A DNA stretch of 64,000 bases, from assembly GCA_002269645.1 (NCBI GenBank), contig NIVC01000232.1, forward strand, positions 257,684-321,683, written 5' to 3'. This document shows positions 10,802 through 24,096 of this stretch, in pieces. The first letter of the stretch is position 1; the number at the start of each line of letters is the position of its first letter. The notes under the pieces were generated by a model, which saw nothing but the letters and a program-made list of their open reading frames with translations, searched no databases and was not told the origin of the DNA. Both the position numbers and the translations under genes were made by a program. The stretch is from Macrostomum lignano (taxonomy: Eukaryota).

Positions 10802-13800
10802 TTAAAATACAAAATTCTGCACAGAATCCGGCTTCTGCTTTGGCGCCTTTGGCAGCTCCTCTTCTGTTGGCAGGCGTCTGTAACTGCCCGACAAATTGCG
10901 ACTGCTGCTTGACCGCCGACCAGATTGGTGGGCGGCGGTCGATCCGCGACCTTCCATCAAGCAGGCTATTATCTGCGGGTATATTGGGGTGGTTTGGGAG
11001 GGGCTGGCGGACTGTGTGTACATTGGGGTGGTTGGGGAGGAGCTGGCGGACTGTGTGTACATTGGGGTGGTTGCGGGGGAGCTGGCGGACTGTGTGTACA
11101 TTGGGGTGGTTGGGGAGGAGCTGGCGGACTGTGTGTACATTGGGGTGGTTGCGGGGGAGCTGGCGGACTGTGTGTACATTGGGGTGGTTGGGGAGGAGCT
11201 GGCGGACTGTGTGTACATTGGGGTGGTTGGGGAGGAGCTGGCGGACTGTGTGTACATTGGGGTGGTTGGGGAGGAGCTGGCGGACTGTGTGTACATTGGG
11301 GTGGTTGGGGAGGAGCTGGCGGACTGTGTGTACATTGGGGTGGTTGGGGAGGAGCTGGCGGACTGTGTGTACATTGGGGTGGTTGGGGAGGAGCTGGCGG
11401 ACTGTGTGTACATTGGGGTGGTTGGGGAGGGGCTGGCGGACTGTGTGTACATTGGGGTCGTTAGGAAGGGGCTGACGGACTGTGTGTACATTGAGGTCGT
11501 TAGGAAGGGGCTGGCGGACTGTGTGTACATTGGGGTCGTTAGGAAGGGGCTGGCGGACTGTGTGTACATTGGGATTTTGCTGTTCACCATCAGTGGATTT
11601 TAGCTCTAGTATCACCTGAACTAGCTTGGAGTTAGGGTAAATGCGCTTAATTAGCTAACATAGCTACTAATAATAGTTATGAATAAATCCCAAAGAAAAT
11701 CCGGCAGACGGTCTAAATGTCTTTATAGTACGACTGAGAAAGCTACTCATGCGCATGTACGCTAGATAACCATAACCAAAGAACAGAAATGATAACTGGG
11801 CTTAAGATACTTACCTGGTAAAAAATCTGCAAGCATTTTTATTTTTGCTGAATTTTTATATTTTTCAATCCAAACAATAAGTCCAACCCTCGCCCACTGT
11901 AGTTACAAGTCTTTACCTTTTGTTTCCGGTGGCAGAAAACGTAGAGTAGACCGGCTAGCAGGATGAAAAGCACAAAGTACGCCAACATTTTGGACGATCC
12001 ACCGTAGCTAAGCAGCCCCATATCGCCAAACCTGCCGGCAGTGTTACTAGTAAATCGCACTTTTGATTGCTGTCGATCAACCTCTTCATCATCAATAGCT
12101 TTGAATCGGCTAGGACGATCCTGAGGTCGAGCCCGAGGCGGACCTGGCTGTCTGCGATAAGACGGCGGCGGCGGCGGCGGCGGTCGCAACTCGGAGCCTT
12201 TGCTGTCGATGTTTAATGGGCCGCCGCTGCGTATTTCAACTTCGCTGTCAACCCGAGCCGATTGTTTTTGCGGCGGCTTTTCAACATCACGATGGCGGCT
12301 CTTCAACGCTCCGGCGGCTTCGTTGTCTGCTGCCGAGCCACGATGAGCAGGACGAAACTCTTCGCGAGAGTCATAGTGATGGTCGCCGGCTCCGGCAGCA
12401 GGAGCAGGATGTGCATCATCCGGGTGCGCGTCGTGAGCCCCAACGCGGATGTTAGGGCGCGACTCGTCCCGACTAGAACTGTCTCGACCCTCAACTCGAG
12501 CTGCATCATCGCCCCGAGATTCTGGCTTGTCTTCTTTTTCACCTCTGCTTTCATGGTGCGCAGTTTTAGCCGGCAGGTCACCATGACGGGACTTCTCTCC
12601 AGATGCTTTGGCTGTGTCAGAATTCTCTCCAGATGCTTTGGCTGTGTCAGACTTCTCTCCAGATGCTTTGGCTGTGTCAGAATTCTCTCCAGATGCTTTG
12701 GCTGTGTCAGACTTCTCTCCAGATGCTTTGGCTGTGTCAGACTTCTCTCCAGATGCTTTGGCTGTGTCAGACTTCTCTCCAGATATCTTGACAGTGTCAG
12801 ACTTCTCACCAGATGCTTTGGTTGCGTCAGATTTTTCTCCAGACGCCTTGACAGGGTCAGATTTCTCTCCAGACGACTTGGCAGGGTCAGATTTCTCACC
12901 AGACGCTTTGCCAGTGTCAGATTTCTCTCCAGATGCTTTGCCAGTCTCAGACTTCTCTTCAGATGCCTTGACAGGGTCAGATTTCTCTCCAGGTGCTTTG
13001 CCAGTTTCAGACTTCTCTCCAGATGCTTTGGCTGCGCCATATTTTTCTCCAGATGCCTTGGCTGTGTCAGATTTCTCTCCAGATGCTTTGGCTGTGTCAG
13101 ATTTTTCTCCAGATGCCTTGGCTGTGTCAGATTTCTCACTAGGTACCTTGCCTGTGTCAGATTTCTCTCCAGATTCCTTGGCTGTGTCAGATTTCTCACT
13201 AGGTACCTTGCCTGTGTCAGATTTCTCTCCAGATGCTTTGGCTGTGTCAGATTTTTCTCCAGATGCCTTGGCTGTGTCAGATTTCTCCCCAGATGCTTTG
13301 GCCGTGTCATAGTTCTCACTAGGTACCTTTCCTGTGTCAGACTTCTCTCCAGATGCTTTAGCTGTGTCAGATTTCTCTCCAGATGGTTTGGCTGTGTCAG
13401 ATTTTTCTCCAGATGCTTTGGCTGTGTCAGATTTTTCTCCAGATGCTTTGGCTGTGTCAGATTTCTCTCCAGATGATTTGGCCGTGTCATAGTTCTCACT
13501 AGGTACCTTTCCTGTGTCAGACTTCTCTCCAGACGCTTTGGCTGTGTCAGATTTCTCTCCAGATATCTTGACAGTGTCAGACTTCTCACCAGATGCTTTG
13601 GCTGTGTCAGACTTCTCTCCAGACGCTTTGGCTGTGTCAGATTTCTCTCCAGATATCTTGACAGTGTCAGACTTCTCACCAGATGCTTTGGTTGCGTCAG
13701 ATTTTTCTCCAGACGCCTTGACAGGGTCAGATTTCTCTCCAGACGACCTGGCAGGGTCAGATTTCTCACCAGACGCTTTGCCAGTGTCAGATTTCTCTCC

Positions 13801-16660
13801 AGATGCTTTGCCAGTCTCAGACTTCTCTTCAGATGCCTTGACAGGGTCAGATTTCTCTCCGGGTGCTTTGACAGGGTCAGACTTCTCTTCAGTGTCAGAT
13901 TTCTTTCCAGATGCCTTGACAGGGTCAGATTTCTCTCCAGATGCTTTGGCTGTGTCAGATTTCTCTCCAGATATCTTGACAGTGTCAGACTTCTCACCAG
14001 ATGCTTTGGTTGCGTCAGATTTTTCTCCAGACGCCTTGACAGGGTCAGATTTCTCTCCAGACGACTTGGCAGGGTCAGATTTCTCACCAGACGCTTTGCC
14101 AGTGTCAGATTTCTCTCCAGATGCTTTGCCAGTCTCAGACTTCTCTTCAGATGCCTTGACAGGGTCAGATTTCTCTCCAGATGCTTTGCCAGTCTCAGAC
14201 TTCTCTTCAGATGCCTTGACAGGGTCAGATTTCTCTCCAGGTGCTTTGCCAGTTTCAGACTTCTCTCCAGATGCTTTGGCTGCGCCATATTTTTCTCCAG
14301 ATGCCTTGGCTGTGTCAGACTTCTCTCCAAATGCTTTGGCTGCGCCAGATTTTTCTCCAGATGCCTTGGCTGTGTCAGATTTCTCACTAGGTACCTTGCC
14401 AATGTCAGACTTCTCTCCAGATGCTTTGGCTGTGTCAGATTTCTCTCCAGATGCCTTGGCTGTATCAGATTTCTCCCCAGATGCCTTGGCTGTGTCAGAT
14501 TTCTCTCCAGATGCTTTGGCTGTGTCAGATTTCTCACTAGGTACCTTGCCAATGTCAGACTTCTCTCCAGATGCTTTGGCTGTGTCAGACTTCTCTCCAG
14601 ATGCTTTGGCTGTGTCAGACTTCTCTCCAGATGCTTTGGCTGTGTCAGATTTCTCACTAGGTACTTTGCCAGTGTCAGACTTCTCTCCAGATGCTTTGGC
14701 TGTGTCAGATATCTCTCCAGATGCCTTGCCAATGTCAGATTTCTCTTTGGATAATGTCTGACCAATAGAGACGTCTATTGTCTCAGTTAAGGAATTTTTA
14801 TTGGTTTGTTTAATTGCAGCTTTCTCATTTCTTGATGTTGCATAATCCTTAGAATTCGAATTTTTAGCAAAAATATGTTGTATGCTAGGGAGACTTTTAT
14901 TGCCCACAAGTTTGGTTTTAAAGTCCATTATGACTTCTTTGATCATTTGCACTTTTGAATTAGCAGTGACATTGGTTTGGAGAACAGAATTAGACTTGGC
15001 ACTTAGATTTGTCAAGTTATTTGCAATGCTACCATTAGACTTCTTAGAAGTAGCAAAAACATTTGGTGGCTTGCCATTGTTAGTAGATACATTGATTATT
15101 GGTTTCATATCCACTGGCAATGCAACTAAAATTGAAATTGGGAATAAAAAAGGTTTAGGCAACAATTTTATTAGTATTTAGTTTTAGTTATAATTTTGAA
15201 TTATAGTTTTAATTTGATTTATAGAATGATTTCAAATACAATTTATACTTAACTATATAACATATATATCTATATCTACATAAACAGAAAAGGATTTATT
15301 GCTTTAGATAAGAAAGGGATTATTGTACTAGATAAGAAAGTGATTATTGTACTTGATAAGAAAAAGATTATTGCATTGGCTAAAAAGGCTTGGTATAACT
15401 ACTTGCTATTTGGGAGATGCTTGCTATTTAGAGGATGTTTGCTATCTAGGGGAGGCTTGCTATATACATGTAGGGATGCTTGTGCTTGCTATTTAGAGAT
15501 ACATACTATCTGGGAGATGCTATTCCTTTAGTTTAAAATCCCTGAAATTGGAGATGATCCCCATAAGAAAGATATAAAATAACAAAATGTGTTTTAAATA
15601 ATGTTTCAAACCAACAATTCAAAATAATTCAAATCATTTTTATTTTTCCATTATCAAGTAATCAAATACCAACTATAATATATTGCCAGAGATTTTTATA
15701 TGCATATAATTGTTTATTGAAAATGATCCAATTATCTATTTCAGTTTACAATTATTTAAATAGCAGAAATACAAGTAAATGATTATGAACCAAAATAGAT
15801 ATATGAGGATCTTTGTTATTGCCATGCTATGGGAGAAACTATAAGTTGGCTACTCTATTCAGTTTTTCTAATGAAATGAATAAGCCCAGATTAACATTTT
15901 TTGCTTCTTTTAAGTAAGCCATGATCATTGAAAAAAAGATTTATGTATTGTAAACCAAAATGCAATTGCAACAATGATCATAAACTGGAGGAATATCTTT
16001 GCTATTAGTATTAGGTGGGATACCTGCTCTCTTTGTAAAATCATTATTTTGTTGTTTTTTGTTACATTAAAAAGACATTTATAGCAAAAACATCTATGTT
16101 TGTGACAATTTTACTCAGAATCAAATAAGCTGATTTATAAGAGTGAGGAAAGAATTACTTCTTAACTTTAAGATAATGTGCTATTTAATAGATTTGCATA
16201 AATAATTTTTGCTCCTTGCTTATTGGCCACCAGAAGGTGGGCACTAGATAGCTTGCTAGTAGGCCTACAATATCTAAAAAAGCCTAGCTCAAGTCTAGTT
16301 TTTATAATAATTAAACAAAACTATTTATTGCAAAAATGACATTTAATTTTATTTTACAGGATAGCCCTACTATACATTGCTCTTTGCTAGCTTGTTATTA
16401 AATTACTAAAATTTAATTTACTTCATTACAGCAACATATTTCATAAACATAAGTCATTAACCACCTAAGATATTGAAAATATTAAGATATAAGATATTAA
16501 AAAATAATGATTTAAAATGTACCAATTAAACAAGTTTAAGCTTACCGGAACCAGTCAATACTTCAAATCCAATAAGATTTGAAAGAAAAGCAAGCAGAAG
16601 GATAGTAAATATCGTTTGCTTCGCGCAAAATTCAGGAGTTCGTGTTGTAAATCGAATCAT
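10802..16660 (-). CDS. TGN38/TGOLN2 (KCT2)-family type I membrane protein with a very long 10-aa tandem-repeat lumenal domain, ~1164 aa
   Basis: Exon 1 16660-16546 encodes a signal-peptide-like MIRFTTR...IFTILLLAFLSNLIG (phase 1). Exon 2 15125-11917 holds the SGEKSDTAKA repeats, then TM KMLAYFVLFILLAGLLYVFCHRKQK (phase 0). Exon 3 10972-10802 reads IIACLMEGR...SYRRL...FVF*. The TM + HxKxKII..EG + YxxL tail parallels TGN38 (HNKRKIIAFVLEG...YQRL). Confidence 0.85.
10985..11575. repeat. 39-bp G-rich minisatellite in the last intron of the TGN38-like gene
   Basis: (cattggggtggttggggaggagctggcggactgtgtgta)n, about 15 copies. Confidence 0.95.
12592..14745 (-). repeat. 30-bp coding tandem repeat (~70 units) within exon 2 of the TGN38-like gene
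   Basis: Plus-strand unit tgtgtcagatttctctccagatgctttggc; frame preserved throughout. Confidence 0.95.
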
Positions 16661-16780
16661 AGTGCAATCAGTAGTCAGTTACTGATGTGCAATTTTCCGC
16701 TTTGGAGAAAATAGGTGGGTTCTTTAGATGGACAGAGGATGACAATATAGTTATTAGCCTAGAATAGATATAAACTTATT

Positions 16781-16788
16781 TGACGTCA
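16781..16788. promoter_or_regulatory. CRE/ATF palindrome upstream of the TGN38-like gene
   Basis: TGACGTCA, ~120 bp upstream of the ATG. Confidence 0.4.
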
Positions 16789-18121
16789 GTCTTCTTTAAT
16801 CCACTTGCCTAACTTTGCTACGGATTTATAAAATGACTGTTACGTATGCAATAAATAAATAGCTTATTTTGCATCATGTCGAATTCGTTCCCTGAGTGTT
16901 GTGTGGCAACACTTTAACAAAGACTTGCAATTTTAGGGTTGTACTAGCTTGTTTTATGGTTAAAGCTGCCCTCTCTTTACCAAAGTTTACCAGTCGTTTC
17001 TTTTATCAAAAACGCCATTTAGGCGACGTTTGGAGCATTGGAAGCATGTGATTCCGGCGCCCCGGTTCTTACCTTGACTTCCCCGCCCGACTTGCCAGCG
17101 AAACATTCTTCGGCTCTGGTCTGACGTCTTTGAGGAGTTGTGCCGGAAAGCGTGGTATAGATATAGTAGGGGCTTACGATTGGCAAAGTGCAGTATAATG
17201 TACCCGACCTCTTAACTGAGGAGCCTTCTCTGAACTTCCTCTTTTCCGAAAGCTAAGGCAATTATCTTTTCTTCGATTGCTCCAACTAAGGTTGTTTAGG
17301 GATAAACTATTAATTTTCATTATCGCAACTATTACACATGTAACTGGGGAGCGAAGCGACACATTAATAGAAGGTTTATTGGTATAATTCTTCCGGTAAT
17401 TCGCAGCTAGTATTTTAACGTGCATAACCATGCAGTTCCGATTACAGGCACAGTTAGTGTAAGTGTAGCATTTTCAGGTGAGTGTAACATCTACGCGTTA
17501 TAATAAACCTATTCTACATCTAAAACAATGGGTTTAAACAATCGGCATCTTCAAAGAGATAAAGAATATCGATTCTTAACTTACAAAGAATAGCAAATTA
17601 ATTAAGGGCATTCATCAGCCAGACACTGCGACATGCATGGCAGCTGCTGCATAATTTCTGGCGCCTGGCAGAATTGACTATACAAATTCTGAGAAGTAGT
17701 CGTGAACAATTCTTGATCATCAGGCTTGCATGGTTGCGCTCGTCGCATATTATAATAGATATCATCGATCAAGTTACAATGAATTGTAATGCGCATGATA
17801 TAATAATCAATTACCCGTGAAATCTTTTGAGCAGCGTTTCGCAAGAACGCATGAGATGAATATAGGAAGTTACTCTGTGAAATTTTCTGCATATCGATTG
17901 TGATCGGGCTTATAATTTTTATAAATACAGCAAAATGTGTCGGCAAGGAGGGATGCCGTATTAATTAATTCGATCGGATCCTACTTAAGTCTGCAGCCTT
18001 GTAATTCAAACCGAAGTTCCAAACCATTAACGATGCTGTCCTCAATTACTTGCATCTTCATGTCAAGCATCCGTAAGTTTACTAATGCTTAACTACATGT
18101 ATACTTTTTGATATCCACTAG

Positions 18122-18975
18122 CTCAGAATCATATAAGTTTTACTGGTCAACATTTGATCAATTTACCGATCGAATTCCCTCAGTCGCTTACACGTACGCG
18201 ACCTTCGTCGAAACTAACTCAATTGAATTTATCCCGAAATCATCGTTGGAGATTCCTCCCAATGTCTGTACGGTTGAAAGCGTCTCCTTGTCGAGAATTC
18301 GATCTGAACTCGAATGCCTGACAAAGTGCCCGAAAGGTGAGGCTCAATACTGCATTGCGATCAGCTATAATAAACAAAATGAAGAGTGTCGAGTTATCAC
18401 TGCCGAGAGCGTGGTTGCCTATTCGATGAATGCTGCACCGGGAGTCACTCTGGCCTCTGATTCGGAATGGAAGATGTGGGTTGCTGGCGACATCGACAAC
18501 TTTCTTCATATGGATACCACGACAACTAATAAGCCTGAGACAACAACGAATGAGCCTGGGACAACAACGAATAAGCCTGAGACAACAACCAATGAGCCTG
18601 AGACAACAACCAATGAGCCTGATGAGACAACAACGAATGAGCCTGAGACAACAACCAATGAGCCTGATGAGACAACAACCAATGAGCCTGATGAGACAAC
18701 AACCAATGAGTCTGATGAGACAACAACAAATGAGCCTGAGACAACAACCAATGAGCCTGAGACAACAACAAATGAGCCTGAGACAACAACAAATGAGCCT
18801 GAGACAACGAGTTTCTCTGGTACTACGATAGAATAAGTTTGATCTACACGCTGTTTAACAATGAAGGGGACGTGCTTGACTTTCAGAACATATCGACCCA
18901 CTTTTGTTGCTTAAATACTTTGAGAAGCTGATCGAACTACATGAACAGCAAAAATCCCTGATTATAACCCGATAA
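18122..18975 (+). CDS. Partial gene: PAN/Apple-like Cys domain followed by a Thr/Glu/Pro-rich mucin-like repeat; 5' exons unresolved
   Basis: ORF 18108-18836 contains ECLTKCPKGEAQYCIAISYNKQNEECRVI (PAN-type Cys spacing) and TTNEP(D)E repeats. An upstream donor GTAAGT lies near 18073, with acceptors near 18121/18126. A possible 67-nt intron 18820-18886 leads to a last exon ending TAA at 18975. Confidence 0.6.
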
Positions 18976-19416
18976 AATCGTCAAACTATTAAAATACATT
19001 GCACTAAATGCATCTAATATTTGCGCAAACGCTACCTAAATTACGCGTACCTTTATTTCTTTTCACCTGCATTTAATAGTCTTTATAAACTTCCATAACG
19101 ACAAATTTTCTAATCCTCTCAATCATCTTAATCATCATTGAAGTCAGTAAGACGGTATGAAAGTTTAATTTTTTAAAGGAAAATTAAAACAAGTTCATGG
19201 GTCAGTATATTTTAGCATTTGAAGTACAATCAGACGCGATGCAAAATTTTATCAGACAGGCATTAACGAAAAGTGAAATAGACAGCTCAAATGAAAGGCA
19301 AAAAGTTTTGATGAGGAAATAAAATGTAAATGTTGATTAGGATGCAGTTGGTATTATTCACGCATAGTGTTTCGTCACTTTGGTTCAATGCATGTTCATG
19401 AAAAAATACTAATAAT

Positions 19417-20169
<753 letters not shown>

Positions 20170-20241
20170 TTAAAGTAGCAGCTTAGCTGATTTAGCCTTT
20201 GCCAGTTAGATAGCATGCAGAACCCTCTTGCGTTTGCTCTG

Positions 20242-20441
20242 TATTTATAGGCGAAGCGTCTATGTGACTTGATCTATTTTTAGTCTTTTGTGCGGCCATA
20301 GTTTATTCTAGAATTTTCTATCTGTAGCTAAAAATAGAAACATTCGTTGCACCGACGCAATTCCAGTTGGACCGGAAAAGTGGAATGGTTTGCTTATAGC
20401 GTTTTTGTCTGCTATTTTCTGCGTTTGATAAAATGACGTCA
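20242..20441 (-). promoter_or_regulatory. Polyubiquitin promoter: TATA box, heat-shock element, CRE
   Basis: TATAAATA at 20249-20242 (minus); three-pentamer HSE aTTCtaGAAttTTCt at 20305-20319; TGACGTCA at 20434-20441. Polyubiquitin genes are established HSF targets. Confidence 0.7.
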
Positions 20442-20577
20442 GTATCCAAAATTGGAATTTTCGTACCGTCATAGTCTGCCCGACGATTTAGGTTTAGGGT
20501 TCACATGAAGGTTTAGGTTTATATGTATGTAGCTAGGTTAGGTCTTACATGCGTATAAGGTTAGAGTTAGGGATTCA

Positions 20578-21160
20578 GCACCAAGTGGCGCCAAGCACCA
20601 AGGGGCACCAAGCACCAAGGGGCGCCAAGCACCAAGGGGCGCCAAGCACCAAGGGGCGCCAAGCACCAAGGGGCGCCAAGCACCAAGGGGCGCCAAGCAC
20701 CAAGGGGCGCCAAGCACCAAGGTGCGCCAAGCAAAAAGGGGCGCCAAGCACCAAGGGGCGCCAAGCACCAAGGGGCGCCAAGCACCAAGGGGCGCCAAGC
20801 ACCAAGGGGCGCCAAGCACCAAGGGGCGCCAAGCACCAAGGGGCGCCAAGCACCAAGGGGCGCCAAGCACCAAGGGGCGCCAAGCACCAAGGGGCGCCAA
20901 GCACCAAGGGGCGCCAAGCACCAAGGGGCGCCAAGCACCAAGGGGCGCCAAGCACCAAGGGGCGCCAAGCACCAAGGGGCGCCAAGCACCAAGGGGCGCC
21001 AAGCACCAAGGGGCGCCAAGCACCAAGGGGCGCCAAGCACCAAGGGGCGCCAAGCACCAAGGGGCGCCAAGCACCAAGGGGCGCCAAGCACCAAGGGGCG
21101 CCAAGCACCAAGGGGCGCCAAGCACCAAGGGGCGCCAAGCACCAAGGGGCGCCAAGCAAA
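20578..21160. repeat. 17-bp GGCGCC-core minisatellite, second locus, inverted relative to the Amt-intron copy
   Basis: (ccaagcaccaaggggcg)n, the reverse complement of the 5603-6195 unit; about 34 copies. Confidence 0.96.
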
Positions 21161-22045
21161 AGGCGAACAAAGAATCCAAAAATCAATATCTGAATTAGTA
21201 ACTATTTACCTAGTACCCTTACGGATTTATTTTGAGATTATGGAATACAAGAAATTCAATATGAATTTACTCGTAGAACAATTAAAAAGCAATAAAGGTG
21301 TAGTAATCTTGAGCACTATAAATTAAATTAAATACTATTAACATTCAAATATATAAAGTTAAATAAATTATATTATATTGTTCGCCGAAGTGATCATTGC
21401 ATTCCCCGAAATGGATTCTCTGAAATGGTCTCTCGCCGAATTGGCCTTTCGCCGAAATGGACTGAAACCCGTCAGGGGTCGTCAGTGGCATACACTCAGG
21501 AGTTGTACACCAGCCTCATATCCAGCATGAATGCATGAATGTGCGCGAAAATTTTCGATGAAAAATCCAAATAGAGTTAGCTCGTCAAAAGGTCAAAGGT
21601 TACTGGAAATGACTGTGCACTAAATTAAAATCGCGATTCTTTAGCTCAAAACTACTGCTAGTAGGCCTACACGCATATGTAAGTGTTGCAATAAAAATAT
21701 ATTCCAATGTTTTTTTTAATTTAAACGAATTTGTTTGTTGATTTAAACGCAACAGTCCATGTATATTTCGGAATTAAGTGTAATTTAGGGGTTTAATACT
21801 CGTTTTAGCGTAATAAAGTCACCTTATTATATAATTAATATAATTAGATATATTCATGCTGTTATGCATTATTCGCTACATATCGGAAAAATTGTGTGAT
21901 AATTAAAATCTTGCAAGGAAAAAGTAGTTTATTTAATTCTCCGACCGTCTGTCATGCCTGAATATAATAACGTTGCACTTTTGTAGATTGAAAAAGGATA
22001 AAGAAGCCAAAACACACTCTAGAAAAAAAGTACGAAAAAAATTGT

Positions 22046-22118
22046 CGACCCAGGCAGGACTCGAACCTGCAATCTTCTGATCCGAAGTCAGACGCCTTAT
22101 CCATTAGGCCACTGGGCC
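22046..22118 (-). tRNA. tRNA-Arg(TCG): tRNA-Arg, anticodon UCG
   Basis: GGCCCAGTGGCCTAATGGATAAGGCGTCTGACTTCGGATCAGAAGATTGCAGGTTCGAGTCCTGCCTGGGTCG, 73 nt, full cloverleaf, A and B boxes, T-run terminator 4 nt downstream. Confidence 0.98.
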
Positions 22119-22654
22119 CTGAGTAATGGGGACGGACATTTTATTTTTAAACAAAGCACTAAGCGATACCTTGATGGCTAGTAGGTCCTGCAATATTTTT
22201 TTTGCCTACTAACTTAAAGCAGGAAAATGGCTCAACTGATCAGGTGGCCGGAACCGGACCTTCAGAACTCAAAGCACTTGTTTACAATAAAATAAACGAC
22301 ATCCGTAAAACTGTTCTGCTGTAAAAGCGTTATTTCTGTAAATGTCCCAGAAGCACATCTATTATGAGTACGAGTACACAGACCTATTTGGTCCAGAATT
22401 GTTAGTTAAAACATTTTTAATAATGAAACAATTTATTAAATAATGAGCAATGGCTAATTAAAAATAATCTAGATTTTGACGACAAGTTTCAAGTAGAAAT
22501 ATTGGTTGTAGTATGCATTCATGTTAGGGTTTAGTAGTATCGTACCATATTGTTAAAATAAATCTAATCGTCTTAGATAAATCTGGGACTTTAAAATATG
22601 TTGAAAGCATGTGAAACTAATTTCAGATTTACATAGCATGCTGTTGAAGCCTAA

Positions 22655-23240
22655 TCTAACAGGTGACACCACCCCCTGTCTAACAGGTGTGACACTATCC
22701 CCTGTCTAACAGGTGTGACACTATCCCCTGTCTAACAAGTGTGACACTATCCCCTGTCTAACAGGTGACACTATCCCGTGTCTAAAGTGTGACACTGTCC
22801 CCTGTCTAACAGGTAACACTATCACCTGTCTAACAGGTGTGACACTATCCCCTGTCTAACAAGTGTGACACTATCCCCTGTCTAACAAGTGTGACACTAT
22901 CCCCTGTCTAACAAGTGTGACACTGTCACCTGTCTAACAGGTGTGACACTATCCCCTGTCTAACAGGTATGACACTATCCCCTATCTAGCAGGTGACACT
23001 CTGCCCTGTCTAACAGGTGTGACACTATTCCCTGTCTAACAGGTGTGACACTATCCCCTGTCTAACAGGTGTGACACTATCCCCTGTCTAGCCGGTGACA
23101 CTATCCCCTGTCTAACAGGTGACACTATCCCCTGTCTAACAGTTGACACTATCCCCTGTTTAACAGGTATGACACTATCCCTTGTCTAACAGGTGACACT
23201 ATCCCCTGTCAACAGGTAACTCGATCTATCCCCTGTCCAA
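22655..23240. repeat. 24-26-bp minisatellite
   Basis: (gtgacactatcccctgtctaacaggt)n with variants, about 22 units. Confidence 0.95.
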
Positions 23241-24096
23241 CAAGGTACTAAATCAATGTTTTTATCGAACTAAGAACGCAGTCAATTTCAACAATCATAG
23301 AGACAAGACAAAGTTCAGTCACTTTAATATTAATCTTAACACGACATTTTTTAACACAAAACTTTTTTATCTCAGTTTCATTTATTAAAACAAAGCGTAC
23401 ATGCGGCTTTATTCAATAAAATGGTGCCAAAAATGATATGAAAATTACAGGCTTGAAAGCGCATTATACATCGAAGCTATCGAGAGAATAGTAATAATAA
23501 TACTAGTAAAAACAAAAATATTACGTACATGTATAACATTGGAAATTAAAAGCTTGTAAAATTACACAATTACACTGTATAGACAGATGCATAATGTTAT
23601 AGGAGAACATGTACGACCGTAAATACATTACAGTACAAGGACTTAAGGGTATTTAGTGATTCGCCTTATAATGGACTGTGATACCTAAACATAGGAATAG
23701 ATCTTGACATCGCACTTTCACGATCTCAAATGTAGTCCCAGGGTTGTGCATCCATGGATTAAAAAAAGTTAAAATTTACCTCACGAAGCAACTGCAAATT
23801 TACATGTACAAACTACAAAAATGTGACTCAGACATTTAAAAGTTATATGGCAGGTGCCATTATAATAAACTACTAGCGTGTGCAAAACAGCGCGGTTGAC
23901 AAGATATTAGATAAAATCATTTTAGCCTCTTTTTTCCGACTTTTCAGATTGACAACGGATTAAAAAAACTTTAAAAAGTGCAAGTTGTCATTATTAGTTA
24001 ATAATGATTTAGTTAAAGTGCATATGACTGACAATGACTCACAGAATATCGAAACAAATATTTGTTATTTCGTTATGTCTAATCGAAGTTTGCCAC

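Noticed and set aside
10758-11615. 285-aa ORF as the last exon of the TGN38-like gene
   Set aside because: The frame is open because of the 39-bp repeat. The family-like tail (IIACLMEG...YRRL) is in another frame, starting at the 10972 acceptor.
12262-14765. Overlapping alternate-frame and antisense ORFs of 234-820 aa
   Set aside because: Shadows of the 30-bp coding repeat.
20488-20572. Interstitial telomere (ttaggg-like)
   Set aside because: Only a few scattered degenerate units, not a tandem array.
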